Shown: positions 1-9,606, numbered from the stretch's first letter. The stretch is 64,000 nt of DNA from Parcubacteria group bacterium (GCA_028286525.1 JAQBRL010000020.1:7444-71443); one strand, 5' to 3'. Notes: generated by a model not told the origin, from the sequence alone. Translations and numbers: made by a program.

Positions 1-2835
1 GCCCAAGAAAAATGGGAGAAGCTCGACCTGTATGCGACCGATCTCACGGACGATTCGAAGGAGAAGTACTATCTCCTCTTCGAATTCCCGTATCCTTCCG
101 GCGACCTGCATATCGGGCACTGGTATGCCTTCGCGCTGACCGACATCTACGCACGCAAGCTGCGCATGGCCGGGAAGAATGTCCTGTTCCCGATGGGCTT
201 CGACGCCTTCGGCCTGCCCGCCGAGAACGCTGCTATCAAGAATGGCGTGGACCCTAAGAAATGGACGTACGAGAACATGGAGCGCATGCGCACCCAGATG
301 CGCACGATGGGAGCCTCTATGGATTGGAGCAAAGAGGTCGTCACCTGCGATCCCGGCTACTACAAATGGACGCAGTGGCTCTTCGCGAAGCTGTTCGAGC
401 ATGGTCTCGCCGAGCGCAAGAACGCAGCGGTAAAATGGTGCCCCTTCGACAAGACGGTGCTCGCCAACGAGCAGGTGATCGATGGCCATTGCGAACGCTG
501 CGGCCACGAAGTCGAGGAAAAGAATCTCACCCAGTGGTTCCTGAAGATCACCCAATACGCCGAACGCCTCCTGAAGGATCTGGAGCCTCTTCCGTGGCGC
601 GAAGATATCAAGGATGCGCAGCGCGCGTGGATAGGCGAAAGCGAGGGCGCGAAGCTGGTCTTCATGGCGCACACGGGAGAGGAGGATGCACCGGTGCCGC
701 TCGAAGTGTTCACCACCCGCCCGGACACCGTCTTCGGCGCGACCTACCTGGTGCTCGCGCCTGAGCATCCGATGGTCGATGTCTTGATACAGGACGCGCT
801 CAATCCCGAGGCGATACGGGCCTACCAGCGAGAGACCGGTAAAAAGACCGAACGCGAGCGCAGCGAGAACAAGGAGAAGACCGGCGTCGCGCTCGAAGGC
901 ATCACCGCGACGAATCCCGCTACCAAAGAAGAGGTGCCGGTCTACCTGGCTGACTACGTCCTCGCGTCGTACGGTACGGGTGCGGTCATGGCGGTGCCGG
1001 CGCATGACGAACGCGATTTCGAATTCGCGCAGCGTTATCAGCTCCCTATCAAGGACGTCATCGAGCCGGTGTTCGTGCGCACCATCGGCACGGACGCCGT
1101 GCGTCCGGAGGAACCCATGGTAGAGCGCCAGGCGGTGGTCGCTATCGTAAAGCACTGGGGGGAGGACAAGTACCTGTGCCTTCGCTGGAAATCGAACGAC
1201 TGGACCGGCTTCGTCATCGGCGGCATCGAGGAAGGCGAAGAGCCGAGCGTCACGGGCGCCCGCGAGATAACGGAAGAGACCGGCTATAAGAACCCGCGAT
1301 TCGTGCGTGATATGGGAGTGCCCACGCATTCGCAGTTCTATCACGAGGTGAAGCGCCAGAATCGCTTCGCGCATTTCACTCCCCTGTACTACGAGCTTGC
1401 GGACGGCGAGCGCGAGGAACCTTCGGCCGAGGAGCTCGCCATTCACGATATAGAGTGGGTAGCGAAAGAGGATATGGATGCGTATCTTTCACGCGATAAT
1501 GACATCGCCTATATATGGAAGCGTTTCGTCGCTCCTGCGTTCCCATACACGGGCGACGGTATCCTCGCCAACTCGGACAGCTTCGATGGACGCAGCAATC
1601 GCGAAGCGATGACCGAGCTGATCGCGTACGCGGGCGGCGAAGCCGTCAAGCAGTACCGTCTGCGGGATTGGCTCGTCTCGCGCCAGCGCTACTGGGGCTG
1701 CCCGATACCGATCGTCTACGATCCGGAAGGGAATGCGCACCTCGTGCCGAACGACCATCTGCCTTGGCTGCTTCCGGAAGATGTGGATTTCACGCCAGGC
1801 GCCGCGGGTGTCGGTACCTCGCCGCTTTCTACTTCCCGCGAGCTCAAGGAGCGCGTCGAGCGCATCTTCGGTGCGGGTTGGACCCCGGAATACGACACTC
1901 TCGATACCTTCGTCGATTCATCGTGGTACTACCTGCGCTACGTGGACCCCGCGGACGCGCATGATTTCTCGGACCAGGGCTTGCTGAAGAAATGGATGCC
2001 GGTGGATCGCTACTCGGGCGGAAGCGAGCATACGACCATGCATCTTCTCTATGCCCGGTTCTTCAATAAAGCGCTGTACGACCTTGCGCTCGTGCCGACC
2101 TCCGAACCATTCAATGAGCGCTACAACCGCGGCGTCATCCTCGGGCCGGATGGAGCGAAGATGAGCAAATCGAAAGGCAACGTCATCAATCCCGACGAAG
2201 TCGTATCGAAATTCGGTTCGGACGCCGTACGCATGTACCTCGCCTTCATCGGTCCTTATAACGAAACCGGCAGTTATCCCTGGAATCTCGACGGGGCCTT
2301 CGCGATGCGTAAATTCCTGGACAGGGTATACACGCTGTTCGAGGGAACGGCAACGGAGAAATCGAATCCGGAGGTACTCCGTGCGCTCGCGGTAGCTATC
2401 GATAAAGTCACTGCCGATACCGACCGCTTCAAATTCAATACCGCGCTTTCGGCGCTCATGGTGCTGGTTCGGGACCTGGAGAGCCATGCGCAGCTCGCCC
2501 CGGACGCGAAGCGAACGCTCCTCGCCCTGCTTGCGCCGTTCGCGCCTCATCTGGCGGAGCATTTGTGGGAGAAGATGGGCGAGGAAGGAAGCGTGCACCA
2601 AATGGTATGGCCGGAAGCGGACCCCGCACTCCTTTCGGCCAGTGAGATCGTGATAGGAGTACAGGTGAACGGAAAAAAACGCGGCGAAGTGCGCCTGTCG
2701 CTCACTGCTTCTGAAGATGAAGCGCTCATGGAGGCCCGGAAGGTTCCAGCGATCGCGCTGCTCCTCGGAGAGACCGCTCCCGCGCGCGTCGTCTATGTCC
2801 CGGGCCGTATCCTGAACATAGTCACCCAGGGGTGA
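1..2835 (+). CDS. leuS: Leucine--tRNA ligase, 5'-truncated by the window edge, with an internal NUDIX domain
   Basis: Frame open from base 1: FPYPSGDLHIGH (HIGH motif), GFDAFGLPAENAA, CP1 editing motifs TTRPDT and GTGAVMAVPAHD, DWLVSRQRYWG, KMSKS. Confidence 0.97.
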   Translation, partial: AQEKWEKLDLYATDLTDDSKEKYYLLFEFPYPSGDLHIGHWYAFALTDIYARKLRMAGKNVLFPMGFDAFGLPAENAAIKNGVDPKKWTYENMERMRTQMRTMGASMDWSKEVVTCDPGYYKWTQWLFAKLFEHGLAERKNAAVKWCPFDKTVLANEQVIDGHCERCGHEVEEKNLTQWFLKITQYAERLLKDLEPLPWREDIKDAQRAWIGESEGAKLVFMAHTGEEDAPVPLEVFTTRPDTVFGATYLVLAPEHPMVDVLIQDALNPEAIRAYQRETGKKTERERSENKEKTGVALEGITATNPATKEEVPVYLADYVLASYGTGAVMAVPAHDERDFEFAQRYQLPIKDVIEPVFVRTIGTDAVRPEEPMVERQAVVAIVKHWGEDKYLCLRWKSNDWTGFVIGGIEEGEEPSVTGAREITEETGYKNPRFVRDMGVPTHSQFYHEVKRQNRFAHFTPLYYELADGEREEPSAEELAIHDIEWVAKEDMDAYLSRDNDIAYIWKRFVAPAFPYTGDGILANSDSFDGRSNREAMTELIAYAGGEAVKQYRLRDWLVSRQRYWGCPIPIVYDPEGNAHLVPNDHLPWLLPEDVDFTPGAAGVGTSPLSTSRELKERVERIFGAGWTPEYDTLDTFVDSSWYYLRYVDPADAHDFSDQGLLKKWMPVDRYSGGSEHTTMHLLYARFFNKALYDLALVPTSEPFNERYNRGVILGPDGAKMSKSKGNVINPDEVVSKFGSDAVRMYLAFIGPYNETGSYPWNLDGAFAMRKFLDRVYTLFEGTATEKSNPEVLRALAVAIDKVTADTDRFKFNTALSALMVLVRDLESHAQLAPDAKRTLLALLAPFAPHLAEHLWEKMGEEGSVHQMVWPEADPALLSASEIVIGVQVNGKKRGEVRLSLTASEDEALMEARKVPAIALLLGETAPARVVYVPGRILNIVTQG

Positions 2836-2884
2836 TTTGACGGATATTGATGGATTTGATATAACTATAACACACTATTAAACA

Positions 2885-3961
2885 ATGATTATGGCGAAAA
2901 AAGCAGTATCCAAAGGCTCTACGAAGAAGGCGGTGGTCACGAAACTGTCTTTCGACGGGGCGACCCTCGTGAAGAAGCTCCTGGCCGAGGTACCGGACCG
3001 TGCCCGCGAGGTCCTGGTGTACCGGTTCGGTCTGGGCACGTCTTCCGAACGGGAGACCCTCGAGGCTATCGGCGAACGCTGGGGCATCACCCGCGAACGC
3101 GTGCGCCAGATCGAGGCGTCCGGCATCGAAGCCATTCGCCATTCGAATGCATTCCGCGCCTCCGAAGGCGCCTTCGATGAGCTGCGCAATTATATCGAAG
3201 CCCAGGGCGCAGTCGTCCCTGAAGACGTGCTTCTCTCCGGACTCGCCACCGATGAGAAGAGCCGTAATCGCATCCGCTTCCTCCTAGTCGTCGGCAGCTC
3301 CTTCTTCCGCGAACGCGAGACCGACGAGTTCTATGCCCGCTGGCACGTCGACCATCGCACCGCCGAAATGGTGCACGCCGCGCTCACGCGCCTGTACGCT
3401 ACGCTCGACGACGCCGAAGTCCTCTCCGAAGGGGAGATCGTGAACCGCTTCCTTGAGGAATTAAAGGATGTCAACGCCGCGTATCGCAACGAAGAGATAC
3501 TCAAGCGCTGGCTCTCACTCTCGAAGAACATTGCGAGCAATCCGCTGGCCGAGTGGGGCAAGGCGCATGCACCCGCCATCCGCACCAAGGGCATACGCGA
3601 CTACGCCTATCTCGTCATCAAGCAGAAGGGCGAACCGATGCACTTCTCGGAGGTCGCGAAAGCCATTACGAGCGTATTCTCGAAGAAAGCGCATGTAGCT
3701 ACGACGCACAACGAGCTCATCAAGGATTCCCGTTTCGTGCTCGTGGGCCGCGGCCTCTACGCGCTCGCCGAGTGGGGCTACCAGCCGGGCGTCGTCCGCG
3801 AAGTCATTCGCGATGTGCTCAAGAAGAAGCCGCTTACGCGCGATGAAGTCATCGACTCGGTCAAGAAGGTCCGCTACGTGAAAGACAACACCATCCTGGT
3901 GAACCTGAACGACACGCGCTATTTCAAGAAGACTAAGGACGGCAAGTACTCGCTCGTCTAG
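2885..3961 (+). CDS. Sigma-70 region 4-like HTH protein with C-terminal HARE-HTH/RNA polymerase delta-like domains
   Basis: RFGLG..ETLEAIGERWGITRERVRQIE (sigma region 4 signature); C-terminal PMHFSEVAKAI...HNELIKDSRFVLVGRGLYAL winged helix. Confidence 0.75.
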   Translation: MIMAKKAVSKGSTKKAVVTKLSFDGATLVKKLLAEVPDRAREVLVYRFGLGTSSERETLEAIGERWGITRERVRQIEASGIEAIRHSNAFRASEGAFDELRNYIEAQGAVVPEDVLLSGLATDEKSRNRIRFLLVVGSSFFRERETDEFYARWHVDHRTAEMVHAALTRLYATLDDAEVLSEGEIVNRFLEELKDVNAAYRNEEILKRWLSLSKNIASNPLAEWGKAHAPAIRTKGIRDYAYLVIKQKGEPMHFSEVAKAITSVFSKKAHVATTHNELIKDSRFVLVGRGLYALAEWGYQPGVVREVIRDVLKKKPLTRDEVIDSVKKVRYVKDNTILVNLNDTRYFKKTKDGKYSLV

Positions 3962-3992
3962 AATTCGATCGAGTCGAGAGAAAAGATATATA

Positions 3993-4022
3993 CAAAAGAG
4001 CCGCGTATTCCGCGGCTCTTTT
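3993..4022 (+). terminator. Bidirectional intrinsic terminator-like hairpin
   Basis: aaaagagccgcg-tattc-cgcggctctttt. Confidence 0.7.
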
Positions 4023-4036
4023 GGTATACTTCCTGC

Positions 4037-5395
4037 ATGTCTTCCGGTGGCTTCGACCTCCTTCACGCAGCGCACGATAAGGGCATCTTCATATCGGCGC
4101 AGCCGTTCATAATCTGCTTCTTGGCCGCGAACTTCGCATTCCTCACCATCGCGCCGCTGCAGACCCTGCACAATTTCGAGTTCCTCGCGCTCACGTCGCC
4201 CGTCTGGCTTCCTATCCTTCTCGGTCGTTTCGCTATCTTGCGGTGGATAAGCGCCAATCGCATGGCATTCCTCTCGAATCAGGAGTACGTCCTGCTTGAG
4301 ATACGAGTCCCGCGCGATGTGCGCAAGACCCCGCTCGCGATGGAAGCGGTATTCTCTTCCATCCACCTCTCTCCCGGAGAATCCACCTGGTGGAAGCGCG
4401 TCGTGATAGGCGCGGTACGTCCTTCCTGGTCGTTCGAGATAGTTTCGCTCGGCGGGCGCGTGCATCTCTATGTGCGCACCCGCGTTGGCTTCAGGCGAGG
4501 CCTCGAGAGCTACATATACGCGCAGTACCCCGAAGTGGAAATAGTAGAGGCGACCGACTACAGCCTCCTCATCGACCCGTCGCATGCTCCGTACGATCTC
4601 TGGGGCACGGAATATAAATTCACGGGCAAGGACGTCTATCCTATCCGCACGTACGCGGAATTCATGAAGCCGGATTCGGCGCTTCCGAAACCCGAAGAGC
4701 AGATAGACCCGCTCGCGCAGATAATCGAATTCCTCGGCTCCCTCTCCCCGAAGGAGCAATTCTGGATACAGATCATGATCCGGGTGAACAAGAACGAGAA
4801 GTATCATGGGAGAAAGACCGCTAGCGGCGATCCGTACACCATCAAGGACGAGCGGAACGACGAGGTGGAGGTCATTCGTACCAGCACCGTCCGCAAGCAG
4901 ACCCATGTGGATCCGGCGACCGGTAAGACCTATGAGACCGAAAGCTTCCCTAATCCGACGAAAGGGCAGCAGAACGCCATGGAAGTCCTCGATCGCAAGC
5001 TTTCGAAGCCGCTATTCGATGTCGGCATTAGATCCCTCTATACGGCTCCGAAAGAGGCATACCAATCGAGCGTCATCAGCCACCTCATCGGCTTGTGGAA
5101 GCCTATCGCGTCGGAGCAGGGAAACTCGCTCGCCATCGCGCGCTGGCACGCCAATTTCGATGATTGGCCATGGGAAGATCGCAAGGGTATCCATCACGCG
5201 CACGTGGCGCACGGTCTCGTGGATTCGTACCGCAGGCGCGCCTATTTCAACGAACCCTATGTCATGCCCTGGCTTATCATGAATACCGAGGAGCTCGCGA
5301 CCATATTCCATATTCCGACCTCGGGGGTCACCACGCCGAGCCTGCCGCGTATACAGTCGTCTACTAGTGAGGCGCCTTCGAATCTTCCTACATAA
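4037..5395 (+). CDS. Conserved CPR-type membrane-anchored hypothetical protein
   Basis: 452 aa ORF; N-terminal TM segments followed by LLEIRVPR..KTPLAME..F and SFEIVS..G.VHLY motifs typical of a CPR family; TATACT 6 nt before ATG. Confidence 0.7.
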   Translation: MSSGGFDLLHAAHDKGIFISAQPFIICFLAANFAFLTIAPLQTLHNFEFLALTSPVWLPILLGRFAILRWISANRMAFLSNQEYVLLEIRVPRDVRKTPLAMEAVFSSIHLSPGESTWWKRVVIGAVRPSWSFEIVSLGGRVHLYVRTRVGFRRGLESYIYAQYPEVEIVEATDYSLLIDPSHAPYDLWGTEYKFTGKDVYPIRTYAEFMKPDSALPKPEEQIDPLAQIIEFLGSLSPKEQFWIQIMIRVNKNEKYHGRKTASGDPYTIKDERNDEVEVIRTSTVRKQTHVDPATGKTYETESFPNPTKGQQNAMEVLDRKLSKPLFDVGIRSLYTAPKEAYQSSVISHLIGLWKPIASEQGNSLAIARWHANFDDWPWEDRKGIHHAHVAHGLVDSYRRRAYFNEPYVMPWLIMNTEELATIFHIPTSGVTTPSLPRIQSSTSEAPSNLPT

Positions 5396-5519
5396 GCATG
5401 CCTATCGCGTCCATCTGCTTCGTTACGGGGCCCGTCCCGCTCATCCGCCGTACTATGAGTACGTCTACTTCCCGTGTCAGCCCGTGCCTCGCATCTGAAA
5501 CCCGCTAGACATGCTTATG
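5391..5519. repeat. ~129-bp imperfect palindromic element, copy 1
   Basis: Arms cataagcatgcctatcgcgt / acccgctagacatgcttatg (17/20 complementary); central cgtact-atg-agtacg (5449-5463) shared with 50726-50849. Confidence 0.8.
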
Positions 5520-5561
5520 CCAATTACCCAGTGGTTAAAAATAATCTTTTTGGTGCTCAGC

Positions 5562-6521
5562 ATGCATCTTGCGCGTCTCAAATACTGGTACGCGGCGTTT
5601 TTCCTCATCCTCGTTCTCGCGCTGAGCATCTTCTCGTACGTTTTCCTCCTCCCTCCTGCCGGTTTCCATCCGAATACCACGCTCGCGGTCGCGCCGGGCA
5701 CAAGCGTTCGGCATGAGGCTGCGCTCCTGAAGGAGGCGCATGTGATACGCTCCACATTCGTATTCCGTGCGCTCTATCGCCTGATGCCCAGTACGCATGG
5801 CGTGCAAAGCGGTGTCTATGATTTCACGTATCCCATCGGCGAGCTTCGGCTCGCATGGGACTTAGCGCACGGCATTTCCGAAGTGCCCGAGGCTCGAATA
5901 ACATTTCCGGAAGGTACGACGGTCCGGCACATGGGCATGCAGCTCGCCAACACGCTCCCCGGAGTGAACGAACGGGAATTCCGGCAGCTTGCGCTTCCGG
6001 AGGAAGGCTACCTGTTCCCGGACACCTACTTCTTCCGGTCGGACGCTACGACGACAGAAGTGATCGCCATACTCAGATCCAATTTCGAGGACCACTTCGC
6101 AGGGCATGCGGAGCAGTTCGCCGCATTCGGGAAGCCGGAGCGGGAGGTCATCATCATGGCCTCCATTCTTGAAGGCGAAGGCAAGACACTTGAGGACAAG
6201 CGCATCATTGCGGGCATCCTCTGGCATCGCATCGCGCTCGGCATGCCGCTGCAGGTAGATGCGCCGTTCGGGTACGTGCATGGCGCAGCAGGCTATACGC
6301 CTACCGCAGCGGATCTGGCGAGCGATTCCCCGTACAATACCTACCGCACCAAAGGATTGCCGCCCACGCCCATAAACAATCCGGGCGACGTGTCGATACA
6401 GGCAGCCATCACGCCTACGAAGTCCGCGTACCTGTACTATCTGACCGGTACGGACGGGACGATGCATTACGCCAAGACATTCAGCGAGCACATCGCGAAT
6501 CAAAAGAAGTATTTAAAATGA
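5562..6521 (+). CDS. mltG: Endolytic transglycosylase MltG
   Basis: N-terminal TM; EGYLFPDTY, IIMASILEGE, MPLQVDA, SPYNTY..GLPPTPINNPG motifs; start placed at 5562 because the ATG at 5511 lies inside the palindrome arm. Confidence 0.93.
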   Translation: MHLARLKYWYAAFFLILVLALSIFSYVFLLPPAGFHPNTTLAVAPGTSVRHEAALLKEAHVIRSTFVFRALYRLMPSTHGVQSGVYDFTYPIGELRLAWDLAHGISEVPEARITFPEGTTVRHMGMQLANTLPGVNEREFRQLALPEEGYLFPDTYFFRSDATTTEVIAILRSNFEDHFAGHAEQFAAFGKPEREVIIMASILEGEGKTLEDKRIIAGILWHRIALGMPLQVDAPFGYVHGAAGYTPTAADLASDSPYNTYRTKGLPPTPINNPGDVSIQAAITPTKSAYLYYLTGTDGTMHYAKTFSEHIANQKKYLK

Positions 6522-6560
6522 AAAGTCGCGAGCATGCCGTAGTGGCAGCGGCTCGCGACT
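6521..6560 (-). terminator. Hairpin terminator for the minus-strand small ORF (also faces mltG)
   Basis: agtcgcgagc...gctcgcgact stem, followed by a T-run on the minus strand. Confidence 0.6.
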
Positions 6561-6569
6561 CCTCGGCTC

Positions 6570-6857
6570 TTACCTGGAACATGGCGTCGTTTCCTCGTCT
6601 CGCCGCTCGGTCGACGACCGTTTCTCGATCCTTCCGTCGCGTACGGCCTCTTGGAATTCGCTCTGCGGCAGGCCGCAGCCTCGTTGCTGATCCACGATGA
6701 CCCACGCATGGCCTTGGATGACTCGCGCGCGCCCTATCAGTAAGGCTTTGTTTTCTAAGGGCGCTTCAGGACGGTGGCCATGAGGATGGCGCAGCCGTAT
6801 CACGCGATGGGGTGCTACCGCGAATTCCATCGTTCCAGGTTGTCTATCTTTGGGCAA
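6570..6857 (-). CDS. Small hypothetical protein (~95 aa, TTG start)
   Basis: Perfect SD AAAGGAGGTGA 5 nt before TTG; fills the mltG-mnmA gap; hairpin downstream. Confidence 0.5.
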   Translation of the reverse strand: MPKDRQPGTMEFAVAPHRVIRLRHPHGHRPEAPLENKALLIGRARVIQGHAWVIVDQQRGCGLPQSEFQEAVRDGRIEKRSSTERRDEETTPCSR

Positions 6858-6942
6858 AGAACTCACCTCCTTTCGATGCAAGCGTAAGGTAACCGCATTA
6901 TTGTTACTTCAGGAAGTTTGTCAAGAATGCTATATAGAATGC

Positions 6943-7974
6943 ATGAAGTATCTCGCTGGAAAAAAGATATTCGTCGGTCTTTCCGGCGGCGTTGATTCCG
7001 CGGTCACCGCCGCGCTCCTGCAGCAAGCGGGCGCTGACGTATACGGCGTATTCATCAAGGGTTGGTATCCCCCGGAGCTCCTGTGCACCTGGGCAAGCGA
7101 CCGTCGTGACGCGATGCGCGTGGCTGCCCATCTAGGCATTCCATTCCATACGCTCGACGCGTCGAAGGAGTACAAGCGATCGGTCATTGACTATCTCGTC
7201 CGTGAGTATGGCGCGGGACGCACTCCCAATCCGGACATTATGTGCAATCGCGACGTAAAATTCGGCGTGTTCTACGAATTCGCCAAAGCCTACGGAGCGG
7301 ACCATATCGCGACCGGGCACTACGCCCGTCAGGAAGGGGGGAGACTTCTCCAAGGACTCGACCCCGAGAAGGACCAGAGCTACTTCTTGTGGGCGATCTC
7401 GCCTCTCGCGCTCTCCATGACCCTCTTTCCGCTCGGCGCGCTCCATAAGAGCGAAGTGCGTACGCTCGCGAAGAGTTTCGATCTTCCGAATGCGGACAAA
7501 AGGGATAGTCAGGGCATCTGCTTCCTGGGGCCGGTTTCCATGGATGATTTTCTCCGCGCCGAGCTCCCGAACCAGCCCGGAAAAGCTATCGATGAGAGCG
7601 GTATCGAAGTGGGCCAGCATGACGGCGTCCTGCTCTCGACGCTCGGTGAGCGCATCGCGCTTAGGAGCGCCGTTCCAGGACCATGGTATGTACTCGAAAA
7701 GGACATTCCGAATAACGTTCTCGTCGTCGCGAAGGAGCGCAGAGCGGAAGCGAGCACGTCCGCACTACACCTTGCAGATGCGAACTGGTTCACCAAACCC
7801 AGCGAGAGCGAAGAAGTGCACGGGCAGTATCGGTATCATGGGCCGTTTGTCGCGGGCGTGCTGCGCGCAGACGTGTTCGTCCCGAACGAACCTGCGACCG
7901 AACCCATCGCGAGCGGCCAATCGCTGGTGCTGTACCAGGGCGACGAAGTACTCGGTGGTGGTATTATCGGGTAA
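6943..7974 (+). CDS. mnmA: tRNA 2-thiouridine(34) synthase MnmA
   Basis: SGGVDS PP-loop, TPNPDIMCN, ATGHYA, KDQSYFL, DSQGICF. Confidence 0.97.
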   Translation: MKYLAGKKIFVGLSGGVDSAVTAALLQQAGADVYGVFIKGWYPPELLCTWASDRRDAMRVAAHLGIPFHTLDASKEYKRSVIDYLVREYGAGRTPNPDIMCNRDVKFGVFYEFAKAYGADHIATGHYARQEGGRLLQGLDPEKDQSYFLWAISPLALSMTLFPLGALHKSEVRTLAKSFDLPNADKRDSQGICFLGPVSMDDFLRAELPNQPGKAIDESGIEVGQHDGVLLSTLGERIALRSAVPGPWYVLEKDIPNNVLVVAKERRAEASTSALHLADANWFTKPSESEEVHGQYRYHGPFVAGVLRADVFVPNEPATEPIASGQSLVLYQGDEVLGGGIIG

Positions 7975-8810
7975 TGCCAGTAGAGATAGTTAAAACCGAC
8001 GGAACCACCGAAGCGTTCGATGGCATGAAGCTCGAGTGGTCGCTCCGTCGCGCAGGCGCAACGACGCATACCGCCGAGCGCATCCGGCACACCATCGAAG
8101 CTTCCATTTCGGCCGGTGCGCCCACGCAAGAGATATACAAGCGCGCGTTCCAGATGCTTCGCCATGACGCGCGGCCTGCCGCCGCGCGCTACAGCCTGCG
8201 GCGGGCCTTATTCGAGTTCGGCCCTTCGGGCCATCCGTTCGAGAATTACGTTTCCGAACTTTTCAAGAAAGAAGGATGGTCCGTGGAATATCGCCGCGTC
8301 ATTCCCGGTAAATGCGTATCGCACGAAGTCGACGTGTACGCGACCCGCAATGGGGAATACCTTGCGGCGGAACTCAAATATCATAATGACCCCGGGTACA
8401 AGACCGACGTGAAGACAGCCCTGTACGTGAAAGCTCGCTTCGACGATATCTGGCAATGCGATCCCAAACATGATGAGCACTGTCCGGTCGATCACGGATT
8501 CCTGATAACCAATACGAAATTCACGCGCGATGCGGTGCAGTTCGCCACCTGCTCCGGTATCCAGCTCCTGGGGTGGAGCTACCCCGCAGAGGGAAGCCTC
8601 TATGACCGCATAGTCGCGACCGGTCTCTATCCGGTGACGGCGCTCACCATGCTCAAGAAGACCGAAAAGAGATTGCTTATCGACCAAGGCATCGTTACCT
8701 GCGACCAGGTACGCGAGAACCGCGACGTGCTCCGCGCGCTCAATATCGCTCCGGAACGCATCGGTACTATACTCGCCGAGGCCAACACCCTTTGTAACTC
8801 CTACGCATAA
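7974..8810 (+). CDS. ATP-cone domain fused to an Mrr-like PD-(D/E)XK restriction endonuclease
   Basis: N-terminal IVKTDGTTEAFDGMKL (ATP cone); FENYVSELF..EG, HEVDVYA, AELKYH, LITNTKFT. Confidence 0.8.
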   Translation: MPVEIVKTDGTTEAFDGMKLEWSLRRAGATTHTAERIRHTIEASISAGAPTQEIYKRAFQMLRHDARPAAARYSLRRALFEFGPSGHPFENYVSELFKKEGWSVEYRRVIPGKCVSHEVDVYATRNGEYLAAELKYHNDPGYKTDVKTALYVKARFDDIWQCDPKHDEHCPVDHGFLITNTKFTRDAVQFATCSGIQLLGWSYPAEGSLYDRIVATGLYPVTALTMLKKTEKRLLIDQGIVTCDQVRENRDVLRALNIAPERIGTILAEANTLCNSYA

Positions 8811-8815
8811 ACGAT

Positions 8816-9601
8816 ATGGCCGACTTCAAGAAGCAGTACAATCCGAATCGGAACGCCGACTGGAACTATGGCGGCCCGAAATGGCGTCTTTCGCGCTCCA
8901 AGATCGAGCTATTCAACGAGTGCCCGCGCTGCTTCTACCTCGATAACAAGCTAGGGACCGCGCGTCCGCGCGGCCCCGCCTTCACTCTCAATATCGCGGT
9001 CGATACGCTCTTCAAGAAGGAATTCGACGCCCACCGGAATGCTGCGACCGCGCATCCGTTGATGACCAAGTACGGTATCGATGCCGTACCATTCGCGCAC
9101 GCGAAGATGGATACGTGGCGAGAGAATTTCGAAGGGGTCGATTACTTCCATGAGCCGACCGGCTTCACCATTTCAGGCGCCGTAGACGATATCTGGGTGA
9201 ATCCTAAAGGCGAGCTCATCGTAGTCGACTACAAGGCGACCTCGAAGGACGGCACCATCACCACGCTCGAGGATTCTTCCTGGAACGAGCAGTACAAGCG
9301 CCAGATGGGGGTGTATCAGTGGCTCCTGCGCAACAATGGATTCGCGGTCTCTTCCACCGGCTACTTCGTATATGCGAACGCACGCTCCGATAAAAAGGCA
9401 TTCGATGGAACGCTCGAATTCGAAGTCACCGTAGTGCCGAGCGAAGGCGACACGAACTGGATAGATGACGTTCTACCCAAGATAAAGGAGACGCTCGATA
9501 GCCAATCCATTCCTCCTTCTGGAAAGGCGTGCGAATACTGCCCGTACCGCGAGGCAGCAGGGAAGAAGCTGCAGGCGATCCACAAAGCAGCGAAGCGGTA
9601 G
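8816..9601 (+). CDS. PD-(D/E)XK nuclease, RecB/Cas4-like
   Basis: LSRSKI..F.ECPRC; GAVDD..IVVDYKAT; QMGVY (QxxxY); C-terminal CEYC. Confidence 0.85.
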   Translation: MADFKKQYNPNRNADWNYGGPKWRLSRSKIELFNECPRCFYLDNKLGTARPRGPAFTLNIAVDTLFKKEFDAHRNAATAHPLMTKYGIDAVPFAHAKMDTWRENFEGVDYFHEPTGFTISGAVDDIWVNPKGELIVVDYKATSKDGTITTLEDSSWNEQYKRQMGVYQWLLRNNGFAVSSTGYFVYANARSDKKAFDGTLEFEVTVVPSEGDTNWIDDVLPKIKETLDSQSIPPSGKACEYCPYREAAGKKLQAIHKAAKR

Positions 9602-9606
9602 GGAAT

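Noticed and set aside
3515-4906. Long minus-strand ORF (463 aa) and similar antisense ORFs (10291-11280, 15306-16319, 27012-28160, 39789-41054, 57404-58792)
   Set aside because: They shadow well-supported + strand genes, have no protein motifs, and are expected from high-GC3 codon usage.
8816-9601. Cas4-like nuclease as evidence of CRISPR-Cas
   Set aside because: No repeat-spacer array and no cas1/cas2 or effector genes are present in the window.
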